A DNA stretch of 64,000 nucleotides, from contig QKAF01000009.1 in assembly GCA_003246455.1 (NCBI GenBank), positions 85,395 through 149,394 of the forward strand, read 5' to 3'. This stretch comes from Bacteroidota bacterium. GTDB taxonomy: Bacteria > Bacteroidota > Ignavibacteria > SZUA-365. This document shows, piece by piece, positions 28,712 through 38,665 of the stretch. The first letter of the stretch is position 1; the number at the start of each line of letters is the position of its first letter. Made by a program: the position numbers and the translations under genes. Under the pieces are notes generated by a model. The model saw only the letters and a program-made list of their open reading frames with translations. It made no database searches and was not told where the DNA came from.

Positions 28712-29833
28712 GTGACGTCTCGTCGCCCTAGCCGGATCGAACAGACTGCCGACGAGCGCAGACGCGCCGCCGTACGCACGCTTCAGCGACTGCTGCGAAG
28801 CGACGGCCTCGATGCGCTGCTGGTCACACACCTCCCGCACGTCCGCTACCTCACCGGTTTCACCGGTTCCAACGGCTGGCTGCTGGTCCGAAAGCGCTCC
28901 GCGCTGTTCCTGACCGATCCGCGCTACCGTGAGCAGGCGGCAATCGAAGTCACAGCCATGCCCGCAGAGGTGATAGTCGGCCGGACATTTTCCGCGGCCC
29001 TTCGGGACATGCGCCTCCATGAAAAAATGGAGACCCTCGCGATCGAGTCCGATCACCTCACGGCGACGATCGCCTCGAATCTGAAGAAACTTCTGCGTCC
29101 GCTCCGCCTCGTGCCCCTCAGCGGCCTCGTCGAGGAACTGCGGTCGGTCAAACTCGAGGATGAACTCTCCGCCATCCGCCGGGCCATCGCCATCAGCGAG
29201 GCGGCGTTTCTCGACGTCATCCCCCTGCTCCAGCCGGGAGTCACCGAAATCGACATCGCCGCGGAGCTGACCTACCGCCAGCGCCGGCTCGGCGCGGACG
29301 GCGACGCGTTCCCTCCCATTGTCCTGTTCGGACGCCGCAGTTCGCTCATTCACGGCCAGCCCACACGGAGCAGGCTGTCGCGGCGCGCTCCGGTACTCAT
29401 CGATTTCGGCTGCCGGGTAAACGGCTACGGCAGCGATCTGACCCGGACCCTGCATTTCGGGCGAGCGCCCCGCGCTTTTCGCGACGCCTACGCGACCGTC
29501 CGGGAGGCCCAGCAGCAGGGCTGTGACGCCGTGTGCGCAGGGGTACCCGCAGCGGAAATCGACGCGCTCGTGCGCGGGCACATCGACGCCGCGGGGCTCG
29601 GGCTTTATTTCGAGCACGGTCTCGGACACGGCATCGGACTCGAGATGCACGAAGCGCCGCTGCTCTCATGGCGGAATACCGCCCCGCTCGAGCCGGGCGA
29701 AGTCATCACCATCGAACCGGGCGTGTACCTGCCGGGGGCCTTCGGCATCCGCATCGAAGACGACATGCTCGTGACGGCGGACGGGGGGATCGTCCTCTCA
29801 TCCCTGCCGCGCACGCTGCTGGAGCTCGAATGA
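28712..29833 (+). CDS. M24-family Xaa-Pro aminopeptidase/dipeptidase
   Basis: GTG start at 28712. Creatinase/prolidase N-domain followed by the pita-bread catalytic domain with metal-ligand blocks (…IDFGCRVNGYGSDLTRT…, …HGLGHGIGLEMHEAP…, …TIEPGVYLPG…GIRIEDD…). The stop overlaps the next gene's ATG (ATGA). Confidence 0.85.
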   Translation: MTSRRPSRIEQTADERRRAAVRTLQRLLRSDGLDALLVTHLPHVRYLTGFTGSNGWLLVRKRSALFLTDPRYREQAAIEVTAMPAEVIVGRTFSAALRDMRLHEKMETLAIESDHLTATIASNLKKLLRPLRLVPLSGLVEELRSVKLEDELSAIRRAIAISEAAFLDVIPLLQPGVTEIDIAAELTYRQRRLGADGDAFPPIVLFGRRSSLIHGQPTRSRLSRRAPVLIDFGCRVNGYGSDLTRTLHFGRAPRAFRDAYATVREAQQQGCDAVCAGVPAAEIDALVRGHIDAAGLGLYFEHGLGHGIGLEMHEAPLLSWRNTAPLEPGEVITIEPGVYLPGAFGIRIEDDMLVTADGGIVLSSLPRTLLELE

Positions 29834-31215
29834 TTCCCGAGAACCATTCCACGCACCGGGTGCTGGTCGTCGCCTACTATTTCCCTCCGCTCGGTCTCAG
29901 CGGCGTGCAGCGCACGCTGAAATTCGTCAAGTACCTCCCTTCCTTCGGCTGGGAACCCACCGTACTGACAGTCGAAGACCGCGGGTATTTTGCGAAAGAC
30001 GACACCATGCTCGGCGAGATCGACGGACTTCCCGTGACGGTGCTGCGGACGCCTTCCATCGATCCCCTGCATTTCTTCCGGCGCAAGGGCGTGGTGCGCA
30101 TGCCGTCGGCGCGCTCCCTTGGCCTGTTCGCCAAGCTGAGCCAGGTGCTGTTCATCCCGGACAACAAAATCGGCTGGAAGAAACACGCCGTGGAGGCGGC
30201 GCTCGCGCATATCGCCGAGCATCCGGTGGACGCCATCTACGCGACGGCGCCCCCGTATACCGACTTTCTCATCGGTCTCGAACTCAAGCGCCGCACCGGG
30301 CTCCCGCTCATCGTCGACTACCGCGATGCCTGGCTCGAAAATCCGCTGCATTTCTACCTGACGCCTCTGCATAAGGCCCTGCACCATCGGCTGGAGCAGC
30401 GCGTCCTGCGCCACGCGGATCAGATCATCAGCATCAACCGTCCCATAAAGGAGCGCATCCTGAAAGGGAACCGCTTCCTCTCCCACAACGACGTGACGAT
30501 CATCTCGCAGGGCTACGACCAGGCCGATTTCGAAGGGATGCAGCGAAACCGCGCGCGCGACGGACGGATGCGCATCCTCTATGCCGGGACGTTCTACTAC
30601 AACCGGAATCCGCGGGCCTTTTTCACGGCTCTGCGCGCGATCTCGGACAGTTCGCCTGCGCTGGCGCGCGCACTCGACGTCCACATCGTGGGCAGCAAGC
30701 GCGATCAGGATATTGCGCTGCTGCGTGAGCTCGACATCGAGAGCATGGTGACGCTGCATGGATATCTCCCCCATCGCGAAACCGTTTCCCGCCTTGTCGA
30801 CGCGGACGTGCTCCTGCTCGTGATCGGGCGCGGAAAAGGCGAAGACATGATGTCGACCGGGAAGCTGTACGAATACCTCGGCGCGCGGAAACCGGTTCTC
30901 GCCTGCGTTCCCGACGGCGCCGCGCGGCAGGTTCTCGAAAAGGGCGGGGCGGCATTCTTTGCAGACCCCGACGATCCGAAGGATATCGAGGCACGAATCC
31001 GTACCTTGTTTGACCTGCACAAAAATGATAGATTGCCCACGCCTTCGTACGAATATGTTTCCCAATTCGACCGCAGGACGCTCACCGGCAGGCTTGCGAC
31101 GCTGTTCGCAGCAGCTCTCGAACCCGGTCCCCCCGTGACGCGGGTCCGCACCAGAGCCGCCGCGCATTCCGGTGAAGACGCACGACATACTCCCACATCT
31201 TCTGACGCATCATGA
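29830..31215 (+). CDS. Family-4-like (GT4) glycosyltransferase
   Basis: ATG at 29830 (MIPENHSTHRVLVVAYYFPPLGLSGVQRT…), which is the GT-B GT4 N-terminal motif. C-terminal …EDMMSTGKLYEYLGARKPVLAC… matches the E-x7-E-type region. The 5' part of the six-frame ORF (29533-29829) is another frame of the peptidase gene and is not coding here. Confidence 0.8.
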   Translation: MIPENHSTHRVLVVAYYFPPLGLSGVQRTLKFVKYLPSFGWEPTVLTVEDRGYFAKDDTMLGEIDGLPVTVLRTPSIDPLHFFRRKGVVRMPSARSLGLFAKLSQVLFIPDNKIGWKKHAVEAALAHIAEHPVDAIYATAPPYTDFLIGLELKRRTGLPLIVDYRDAWLENPLHFYLTPLHKALHHRLEQRVLRHADQIISINRPIKERILKGNRFLSHNDVTIISQGYDQADFEGMQRNRARDGRMRILYAGTFYYNRNPRAFFTALRAISDSSPALARALDVHIVGSKRDQDIALLRELDIESMVTLHGYLPHRETVSRLVDADVLLLVIGRGKGEDMMSTGKLYEYLGARKPVLACVPDGAARQVLEKGGAAFFADPDDPKDIEARIRTLFDLHKNDRLPTPSYEYVSQFDRRTLTGRLATLFAAALEPGPPVTRVRTRAAAHSGEDARHTPTSSDAS

Positions 31216-32495
31216 AAATTCTTGTCATCGGCAATGGCGGCCGCGAGCACGCCATCTGCTGGAAACTCAGGCACAGCAAGGAAGTCGAACACATCTACTG
31301 CGCACCGGGCAACGCCGGAACGGCGGCGCTCGGCACGAACGTGAGCATCAAGCAGGGCGATATCGACGGCCTCCTGCAGTTCGTCCGCCGGGAGAGCATC
31401 GATCTGACCATCGTCGGACCGGAGGCGCCGCTCGCCGACGGCATCGTCGACACCTTCACCGCGGCGGGACACCGCATTTTCGGGCCGACGAAGGCCGCGG
31501 CACAGCTCGAAACCAGCAAGGCATTCGCGAAGGACTTCATGAAGCGGCATCACATTCCCACCGCCGCATACGAAGTGTTTCATGCCGGAGAAAAAGGCCG
31601 GCTTCGCCGCTATCTCTCCGCCAGCAGCTACCCCGTGGTACTCAAGGCAGACGGCCTTGCGGCGGGCAAGGGCGTGATCATCGCCCAGAGCTTCGAGGAG
31701 GCGATGCGCAACGGGGAAAGCATGCTCGAAGGAAGCGCCTTCGGAGACGCGGGCACCACCCTGGTCGTGGAAGAATTCATGGAGGGCGTCGAGGCGTCGG
31801 TGTTCGCGCTTACCGACAGCGTCCGCTTCGTCACCCTGGCTCCCGCACAGGACCATAAACGCATTCTCGACAACGACCTCGGGAAGAACACCGGCGGCAT
31901 GGGCGCCTTCGCGCCGACGCCGCACGTTCCGACCGAAGTCCTCGCCGATGTGAAAATCCATATCATCAAGCGCGTCATCGACGGGATGCGGGCTGACGGA
32001 ATTCCGTACGCGGGTGTACTGTTCGTCGGCCTCATGCTCACGGAAGATGGCCCGAAGGTGCTGGAATTCAATTGCCGCTTCGGCGATCCGGAGACCCAGG
32101 TGGTCCTGCCCCTGATCGATTACGACCTCGGGGTGCTCCTCCGCGACATCGCCGACGGGAAGCTTCAGCTGAATCGCCTGCCGCTGCACGACGCGAACGC
32201 TGTCTGCGTGGTCATGGCGTCCAGCGGTTATCCCGACGCCTACGATACCGGGAAAGCGATCGCGGGACTCGACGCGATTAACGAAGAAGAAGAAGGAGTG
32301 CTCGTTTTCCACGCGGGTACCCGAACGGAAGGCGGCCGCGTCGTCACCGCCGGCGGACGCGTCCTTGGCGTGACCGCCCTCGCACAGGGCTCCGACCTGG
32401 CCGCGAGCATCCGTCTCGCCTACAGCGCCGTGAACCGTATTCGTTTCGACGGCGCCTATTACCGCACCGACATCGGAAAAAAAGCACTCCAGTAA
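31212..32495 (+). CDS. purD: Phosphoribosylamine–glycine ligase
   Basis: MKILVIGNGGREHAICWKL… with ATP-grasp blocks and …EFNCRFGDPETQ… Length 427 aa. The start overlaps the upstream stop (ATGA), which suggests translational coupling. Confidence 0.95.
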   Translation: MKILVIGNGGREHAICWKLRHSKEVEHIYCAPGNAGTAALGTNVSIKQGDIDGLLQFVRRESIDLTIVGPEAPLADGIVDTFTAAGHRIFGPTKAAAQLETSKAFAKDFMKRHHIPTAAYEVFHAGEKGRLRRYLSASSYPVVLKADGLAAGKGVIIAQSFEEAMRNGESMLEGSAFGDAGTTLVVEEFMEGVEASVFALTDSVRFVTLAPAQDHKRILDNDLGKNTGGMGAFAPTPHVPTEVLADVKIHIIKRVIDGMRADGIPYAGVLFVGLMLTEDGPKVLEFNCRFGDPETQVVLPLIDYDLGVLLRDIADGKLQLNRLPLHDANAVCVVMASSGYPDAYDTGKAIAGLDAINEEEEGVLVFHAGTRTEGGRVVTAGGRVLGVTALAQGSDLAASIRLAYSAVNRIRFDGAYYRTDIGKKALQ

Positions 32496-32520
32496 CGCAT
32501 CACAAGAAACAGAGACCCGC

Positions 32521-32907
32521 ATGAGCAGGCCGCAGAAACCACTCGCTGAAAAATGGGGCATCATCCCCTGGCTGAAAATCCGCATCGACAAGGATCCGGC
32601 CTATCTGAAAGAGCTGATCGTACCGCTGTGCGACGACAACAAGTTCGTCACGCAGGGTGTATGCGATCTGGCATTCGTCGCGCCGACGTCGGCGGCCGAA
32701 TGGAAGCAGAAGGCGCGCCGGCTCAAACCCGCCATCGATCCCGACGGCGTCATCTGGGTCATTTATCCCAAGGATGAATTCCGCGAGAAATACGACTTCG
32801 ACGGGAGCCTTCCCGAGATGGTCCAGATCGTGAAGGAACTCGGATTGAAGAACACCAAGCTGGCAGCCGTCAACGGGGAGCTGACCTCCGCGCGCTTCAG
32901 CCTCTAG
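32521..32907 (+). CDS. Hypothetical protein (128 aa)
   Basis: ORF between purD and the epimerase-like gene on the same strand. No recognisable motif. Confidence 0.45.
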   Translation: MSRPQKPLAEKWGIIPWLKIRIDKDPAYLKELIVPLCDDNKFVTQGVCDLAFVAPTSAAEWKQKARRLKPAIDPDGVIWVIYPKDEFREKYDFDGSLPEMVQIVKELGLKNTKLAAVNGELTSARFSL

Positions 32908-32931
32908 CGCCGGGCAGTGGAAGGCCGACGC

Positions 32932-34023
32932 ATGCGCACACTGCTCACCGTCATCGGAACCCGTCCGCAGTACATCAAGTACGCCGCGCTGTCAGGGCGC
33001 CTCTCCCCGCACTTCCATGAAATCGTGATCGACACCGGGCAGCATTACGACACCGCGCTGTCAGGGCAGTTCAAACAGGAATTCCATTTCGGGGCGGATT
33101 TCCGCACGCTCGAACATTCCGGACTCGAAGGCACTGCGCGCTTCACCGCGATGCTCGACCAGATCGACGCGGCTATCGTCCAGATTCATCCCGACCTCCT
33201 TCTGTGTTTCGGCGACACCGACAGCACGCTCGCTGCAGGCATGGCGGCAGCGCGGCGCGGCATCGCGGTCTGTCACGTCGAAGCGGGCGAACGCAGCCAG
33301 TATGCCGACGGATCGCGGATCGCGGCACGCAAAGTACCAGAGGAATCGAACCGGATGATCGTCGACCATCTCTCCTCCCTCCTGCTCTGTACCGGACAGG
33401 ACGCCGCGGCGAACTGCCGGGAAGAAGCCTGCACGGGCAGCATCGCGGTCACCGGCGACATCATGTACGACCTTTTTCTCCAGGGCAGGGACCAGCTGCC
33501 GCGGGCGTCTGAACTCCTCGCAAGGCACGGATGCCCGGGACCACCGTACTATCTATGCACGGTGCATCGCCCGGTGAACACCGATGACGCCGGCCGCCTC
33601 GCCGGGCTCATGACGACGCTCAACGAACTGCCGCTGCCGGTCCTGCTCCCGCTGCACCCGCGCACGGCGCAACGCATGCGTCAAGCGGGCATCGCTCCCG
33701 GTCCCGGCGCACTGCACCTGCTCCCTCCCCTGTCGCACGGGGAGACGCTCGCGCTGACCGCGGGCGCCGAGCGCGTCCTGACCGATTCAGGCGGACTCAC
33801 CCGTGAGGCGTTTTTCTGCGGCGTGCCTTCGCTCTGTCTCGACGACGTCACCGCCTGGCATGCGATCTGCCGCAGGGGCTGGTGCGATCTCACCGGAGCG
33901 GACGCCTCGGCCATCCGACGCGCACTGGAGCGCCCTGCGCCCGCGGAGCACGACCCTTCGCTTTTCGGAGACGGGAACGCCTCCGCGCGGGTGGTCGAAT
34001 CTCTCGTTGATTTCATCGCCTGA
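32932..34023 (+). CDS. UDP-N-acetylglucosamine 2-epimerase-like (non-hydrolysing epimerase family) protein
   Basis: ATG at 32932 follows GGAAGG. MRTLLTVIGTRPQYIKYAAL…IVIDTGQHYD…CHVEAGERS… matches the epimerase_2 N-terminal Rossmann blocks. It is a divergent member of the family. Confidence 0.75.
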   Translation: MRTLLTVIGTRPQYIKYAALSGRLSPHFHEIVIDTGQHYDTALSGQFKQEFHFGADFRTLEHSGLEGTARFTAMLDQIDAAIVQIHPDLLLCFGDTDSTLAAGMAAARRGIAVCHVEAGERSQYADGSRIAARKVPEESNRMIVDHLSSLLLCTGQDAAANCREEACTGSIAVTGDIMYDLFLQGRDQLPRASELLARHGCPGPPYYLCTVHRPVNTDDAGRLAGLMTTLNELPLPVLLPLHPRTAQRMRQAGIAPGPGALHLLPPLSHGETLALTAGAERVLTDSGGLTREAFFCGVPSLCLDDVTAWHAICRRGWCDLTGADASAIRRALERPAPAEHDPSLFGDGNASARVVESLVDFIA

Positions 34024-34059
34024 ATTCCCCCGGTCTGCCACGCCCTTTCCCCGCTCCCG

Positions 34060-34596
34060 CTACCGTCCCTCTGCCTGCTTTTCCCTTTCCCGTTCCTCCC
34101 ATTTCGCGTCGAAGCGTTTCCGAATGAGATCGAAGAGGTTCGCCAGCAGCGTGATGCTGCCGATGACCAGCACGGAAATGATCCACGGCTTCGCCGCGGA
34201 AAGCATGTCGTAACTCCCCCAGATGAACTCGTGTCCCCAGGGCGAATCGTACCCGAGCCAGATGGTGGCGAGAAACAGAACGATGGTCACCGCGGCGTGG
34301 ACGCCGAGCATGATCCATCGCCTGCGCGTGCTCGGGATCACCGTCATCTGGTATTTGTAGAGAAAAATGAAAAACACCAGGATGCCCAGAATGCCCACGG
34401 AGATCGCCAGCAGCCCCATGATATCGATGTCGCGCGGCCACATCTGAATGTAGGCGAGCGTCCAGAGAACGATCGCCGTCAGGGGAAGCGACGCCGATAT
34501 CGCAATCAGGAACAGGACCTTCACGAGGTGCTGCCTCCGTTCGCCTCCCGCCTGCCGCGGCGCCCGGTTCTCTTCGTTGGTATGCAGTGCTTCCAT
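34060..34596 (-). CDS. Hypothetical integral membrane protein (4–5 TM)
   Basis: Hydrophobic helices (VLFLIAISASLPLTAIVLWTLAYI, LLAISVGILGILVFFIFLY, and others). It is the last gene of a minus-strand run: aldehyde dehydrogenase – PLD – membrane protein. Confidence 0.5.
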   Translation of the reverse strand: MEALHTNEENRAPRQAGGERRQHLVKVLFLIAISASLPLTAIVLWTLAYIQMWPRDIDIMGLLAISVGILGILVFFIFLYKYQMTVIPSTRRRWIMLGVHAAVTIVLFLATIWLGYDSPWGHEFIWGSYDMLSAAKPWIISVLVIGSITLLANLFDLIRKRFDAKWEEREREKQAEGR

Positions 34597-34617
34597 GCGC
34601 GATCACTCCTGCTGTGG

Positions 34618-35904
34618 TTACTTTCCGCCGCCGTCGTCGCGTCGCCGCGAGGTGTAGACGATATCGGGATCGATGGTTGTCGCGTAGGGACCGTCCCAGC
34701 TCATCGCGTACTTCTGATGCAGGAGTTCGCAGAGTCGGGACGAATTGATGAGGAATCCCGCGTTGCGGGAGGAAAGGAAATATTCCGGTGACCAGTTACT
34801 GGTCCCGATCCAGGCGCGGTCGGCATCGACAAGCAGGTACTTGCAGTGCTCGACACGTGCGAACGGGATGAAACCGCGGCTGTGCTCCGGGATCGCGGTC
34901 ACCCGCACGGTAATCCCCGGAACGGTCTGAAGACGCTTGAGATCCTTCTGTTTCCCCGGCGAAAGCGACCAGTCCGACACCATGAGCGATACCCGGACAC
35001 CTCTCGCCGCGGCACGGAGGAGGGCGTCTTCCAGCAGCGGGTAGCTGCCGTAACTGAGTACCTGCAGCTTGACGGAGTCGACCGCCCGGTCGAGCAGTTC
35101 GGCCAGGTCCGAAGCATCCCAGCGGGCGCCCAGGGGGAGCAGCGGCCGGGGGCTGAACACCGGCGCCAGCGTGTCGACGCCGCCCGTTGAAGCGATACCC
35201 AGCGGGAATGCCCCGGGAATCTCTCCTGCGATCACCGCGGCCCGTGACGGCTCTATCCCCCCGGCCAGGGCCCAGTCGAAATCGAACAGGCGAGAGAACG
35301 CATCCGCAGAAAGGCTGTCCCGCACGCGTACGCCGAGTTCATTGATATGGGAAAGTGCGCGCCAATCCCAGTTCTGACTGCCGACGAAGACGTCCCCCCT
35401 GTCGACCACAAAATACTTCGCGTGCTGCACCCCGCCGCCGAGAATCGAGGCGATGTCGAGGATGCGGACCTCGGCGCCGGGCAAGCGGCGGAAGCGCGCG
35501 AGCGTCTCGGGATATACGGATGCGAATTTCTTTTCTGCGATGACGCGCACCCGCACGCCGCGTGCGGCGGCGGTCTCCACCTGCCGGATGACGGGTTCGA
35601 GCGCACCGTCCGGGGTATTGGCAACGTAGAACTGTTCGATATCGATCGTGCGGCGCGCGGCGCCGAGCATTTCCATCCACACCTCGGCCGTATTGCGGAT
35701 GGCGGGATGATCGAGGGCGGTCTCTTCCGGCACACTCTCCACGAGTTCGACGAGCGGAGCGGGCGCGGGACGCTGCGATTCGGCGCAGCCGGGAAGAAGG
35801 AGAATGAGCAGTGCAACCGCTGCGAGGAACGTCCGCGGGCGGCCCTGCCGCAGGAAGCGCGCGGCCCGGTGTACGAAAGGATATCGAGCACCCCCGATGC
35901 GCAT
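34618..35904 (-). CDS. Phospholipase D / cardiolipin-synthase-like protein with two HKD motifs
   Basis: HAKYFVVDRGDVFVGSQNWD and HCKYLLVDADRAWIGTSNWS both match HxKx4Dx6GSxN. Signal/lipoprotein-like N-terminus …LLILLLPGCAES. The start lies 2 nt after the upstream gene's stop. Confidence 0.85.
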   Translation of the reverse strand: MRIGGARYPFVHRAARFLRQGRPRTFLAAVALLILLLPGCAESQRPAPAPLVELVESVPEETALDHPAIRNTAEVWMEMLGAARRTIDIEQFYVANTPDGALEPVIRQVETAAARGVRVRVIAEKKFASVYPETLARFRRLPGAEVRILDIASILGGGVQHAKYFVVDRGDVFVGSQNWDWRALSHINELGVRVRDSLSADAFSRLFDFDWALAGGIEPSRAAVIAGEIPGAFPLGIASTGGVDTLAPVFSPRPLLPLGARWDASDLAELLDRAVDSVKLQVLSYGSYPLLEDALLRAAARGVRVSLMVSDWSLSPGKQKDLKRLQTVPGITVRVTAIPEHSRGFIPFARVEHCKYLLVDADRAWIGTSNWSPEYFLSSRNAGFLINSSRLCELLHQKYAMSWDGPYATTIDPDIVYTSRRRDDGGGK

Positions 35905-35906
35905 GG

Positions 35907-37271
35907 TCAGGCGATCCAGACCGTTTTGATGTTCACGAATTCACGGATGCCGTAATGCGAGAGTTCCCGGCCGTAGCCCGAACGCTTCACCCCGCCGAAC
36001 GGCAGCCGCGGGTCCGACTTCACCAGTCCGTTGACGAAAACACTTCCGGATTCGATGCGCGGGATGAGACGCTCGGCCCGCGCGCGGTCGCCTGTCCAGA
36101 GGCTCGCCCCCAGGCCGAAGAGACTGTCGTTGGCGGCGGCGACGGCTTCCTCTTCGTCCTTCACGGTAATTACGGCCGCCACCGGTCCGAACGTCTCCTC
36201 GTCGAACACCGGCATACCCTTGCGCACGCCGGCCAGGACCGTGGGCATGTAGAACGCGCCGGGGCCGTCGAATCGCCGTCCGCCCGTGAGTACGGTCGCG
36301 CCGAGGGCCACGGATGCGCGCACCTGCGCGTCGAGATCCAGCAGGAGGTCTTCACGCGCCAGCGCGCCGACTTCCGTTTCGTCGCGCAGGGGATCCCCCG
36401 TTTTCATGCCGGCCACCGCGCTGGTGAAGAGACGGGTGAAATCGTCGGCGACACGATCCATGACAATGAAGCGCTTCGCGGCGATGCAGCTCTGTCCGGT
36501 GTTGATCATCCGGGCGGTCGCGCCGGTACGCGCCGCGGCATCGACATCCGCGTCGTCGAGAACGATGAACGGATCGCTGCCGCCGAGTTCCAGCACGGTT
36601 TTCTTGAGCTGCCTGCCCGCATCGGCCGCGACATGGCTGCCGGCGGATTCAGAACCGGTAAGGGTCGCTGCGGCGACCGCGGGATGATCGATCACCGCCT
36701 TCACCGCGCCGGACCCGATGAGAAGCGTCTGGAAACATCCCTCGGGAAATCCAGCGCGCCGGAAAACATCCTCGATCATCAGGGCGCAGCCCGGAACGTT
36801 TGACGCGTGCTTGAGCAGGCCGGTATTCCCCGCCATCAGCGCCGGCGCGGCGAAGCGGAAAACCTGCCAGAACGGAAAGTTCCACGGCATCACCGCGAGG
36901 ACAGGACCGATCGGGTCGAAGCGGACATAGCTGTCGGAGGCGTCCGACGCGAGCGCTTCGCGTGCAAGGATGGCTTCCGCGTTATCGGCGTACCAGTCGC
37001 ACACCCACGCGCATTTATCCGCCTCCGCGCGCGACTGGGTGATCGGTTTGCCCATTTCCAGCGTCATCATGCGCGCGTACTCCTCGCGGCGGCTGCGCAG
37101 TTCGTCCGCGGCGCGATGCATCAGCGCAGCACGGGAAGCGAAGCCGGTTTCCCGCCAGGCGCGGAAGGCTGCCGCAGATGCCGCGATCCTGCGCTGCGTT
37201 TCCTCGCCCGTGAATTCGTGGTACGTTTCGAGAATCTCCCCTGTCGCCGGATTGACGGATGCAAACGGCAT
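35907..37271 (-). CDS. NAD(P)-dependent aldehyde dehydrogenase, succinate-semialdehyde dehydrogenase-like
   Basis: MPFASVNPATGE… The aldehyde dehydrogenase family catalytic Cys block …GQSCIAAKRF…, Glu block …LELGG…, and …PFGGVKRSGYGRE… are present. Alternative starts are at 37283 (ATG) and 37301 (TTG). Confidence 0.85.
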   Translation of the reverse strand: MPFASVNPATGEILETYHEFTGEETQRRIAASAAAFRAWRETGFASRAALMHRAADELRSRREEYARMMTLEMGKPITQSRAEADKCAWVCDWYADNAEAILAREALASDASDSYVRFDPIGPVLAVMPWNFPFWQVFRFAAPALMAGNTGLLKHASNVPGCALMIEDVFRRAGFPEGCFQTLLIGSGAVKAVIDHPAVAAATLTGSESAGSHVAADAGRQLKKTVLELGGSDPFIVLDDADVDAAARTGATARMINTGQSCIAAKRFIVMDRVADDFTRLFTSAVAGMKTGDPLRDETEVGALAREDLLLDLDAQVRASVALGATVLTGGRRFDGPGAFYMPTVLAGVRKGMPVFDEETFGPVAAVITVKDEEEAVAAANDSLFGLGASLWTGDRARAERLIPRIESGSVFVNGLVKSDPRLPFGGVKRSGYGRELSHYGIREFVNIKTVWIA

Positions 37272-37484
37272 GACGTGCTCCATGTTGGTGTGGACGGACA
37301 AACCCCAATTTCATAAAATGCCGCATGAGGGGCAAACCGGGGCATATGCGGGGGCGGAACCTTGTCCAATCCGGGCAGTATAACGAATATTGCGCCGATT
37401 TTTCACACGTATGTCGTTTGTTGCAACTGGCCTCGCAACTCTGTATTTTGACTCTGTTTCGTCATTACTCAACAGCCATCCCCG

Positions 37485-38639
37485 ATGCTCATGAAAACAC
37501 TCGCCACTACCCTTCTTATCGTTGTCGCACTTCTTTCGCCTGTGTCCAAAGCATCCGCCCAGTTCGCCTTCGGCATGCAGTATTGCGTCGATGCCGAGGA
37601 CGCTCACGCGAAAATCACGCTCCCCGCGTCTGCTTTGGTCGATATCATCAAGGAATCGGGCGATGCAATCAGCAGCAAGGATGTCTGTCTCGGGGAGAAG
37701 CCGCAGGGAACGCTCAGCGGTTACCAGGCCGATTTTGACGGAGACGGGACGGAAGAAATGTGGCTGCTGTACCACACCGGCGAGGATGGCGCAGGATGCA
37801 ACGTCACCATGATCATCACCCCGACGGGCGGCGGCAAATACCAGCTGATGGATCTGCTGAGCTTCCCCGGCGGAAAGGCGCTCATCCGTCCGATGGTCGC
37901 GCTCGACGGAGGCATCCAGATGTACCTCCAGAACAGCCACACGCTCGAAGACGGCAGCGAGGAAGTCAAGGGGTCGGTGCTCGCCTATACCCAGACCGCG
38001 CTCATCATCCTGACCTCGTGGACGCAGAAAGCCGGGATGAAGGAAGACACCTTCATCACCGAGCAGGTCGACGCCGTGTTCATCGATCTGAATTTCGACA
38101 ACGTGAAGGAACTGGTTGTCCGCTACAACATGCATGAAACGGGCGGCGGCGCGCCGACCTCGAAGAATCTCGTGGACCAGTACATCCTCACGCTGGACTT
38201 CCTCCCAAACCATCTCCGTTACGGCGTGTACGACTCGGTGGGCTACGATAAGATCCAGGAAGCCGAGACCCTTGCCAAGGCCGGCCGCACGCAGCTCAAC
38301 CGTGACGAGACCCGTATCGAGGGCATCATCAAAATGCGCGAAGCGCTGCAGACCAATCCCTTCATGACGTGGGCACGCGTCCGCCTCGGTGAGTTCCTCC
38401 TTCATGACGGGAAGTACTCCGATGCACAGCTGACGCTGGTGCTCGCACGCGCATTCGATCCGGAATACAACAAGACGTACCGCATTCTCGGTGATACATA
38501 TCTCCGTCTCAATGATCTGCAGAAAGCCCTTGCCGCGTACGAACGGTACATCGAGCTCGGTCCCGAATCCACGTACTACCGGAAGAAAGTCGAGCACAAC
38601 ATCAAGCAGATCACGATTCCGAAAAATCGACGCAAGTAA
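37485..38639 (+). CDS. Secreted hypothetical protein with C-terminal TPR repeats
   Basis: Signal peptide MLMKTLATTLLIVVALLSPVSKASAQ. C-terminal TPR-like helices (…AQLTLVLARAFDPEYNKTYRILGDTYLRLNDLQKALAAYERYIELGP…). Confidence 0.55.
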   Translation: MLMKTLATTLLIVVALLSPVSKASAQFAFGMQYCVDAEDAHAKITLPASALVDIIKESGDAISSKDVCLGEKPQGTLSGYQADFDGDGTEEMWLLYHTGEDGAGCNVTMIITPTGGGKYQLMDLLSFPGGKALIRPMVALDGGIQMYLQNSHTLEDGSEEVKGSVLAYTQTALIILTSWTQKAGMKEDTFITEQVDAVFIDLNFDNVKELVVRYNMHETGGGAPTSKNLVDQYILTLDFLPNHLRYGVYDSVGYDKIQEAETLAKAGRTQLNRDETRIEGIIKMREALQTNPFMTWARVRLGEFLLHDGKYSDAQLTLVLARAFDPEYNKTYRILGDTYLRLNDLQKALAAYERYIELGPESTYYRKKVEHNIKQITIPKNRRK

Positions 38640-38665
38640 CACTACCAGAGAGAAGGATTTCGCCC

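Noticed and set aside
37302-37484. Palindrome TTGCAAC…GCAA in the divergent promoter region between the aldehyde dehydrogenase and the TPR protein
   Set aside because: The half-sites are only 4 bp long. This is too short to separate from chance in a 180-bp region.
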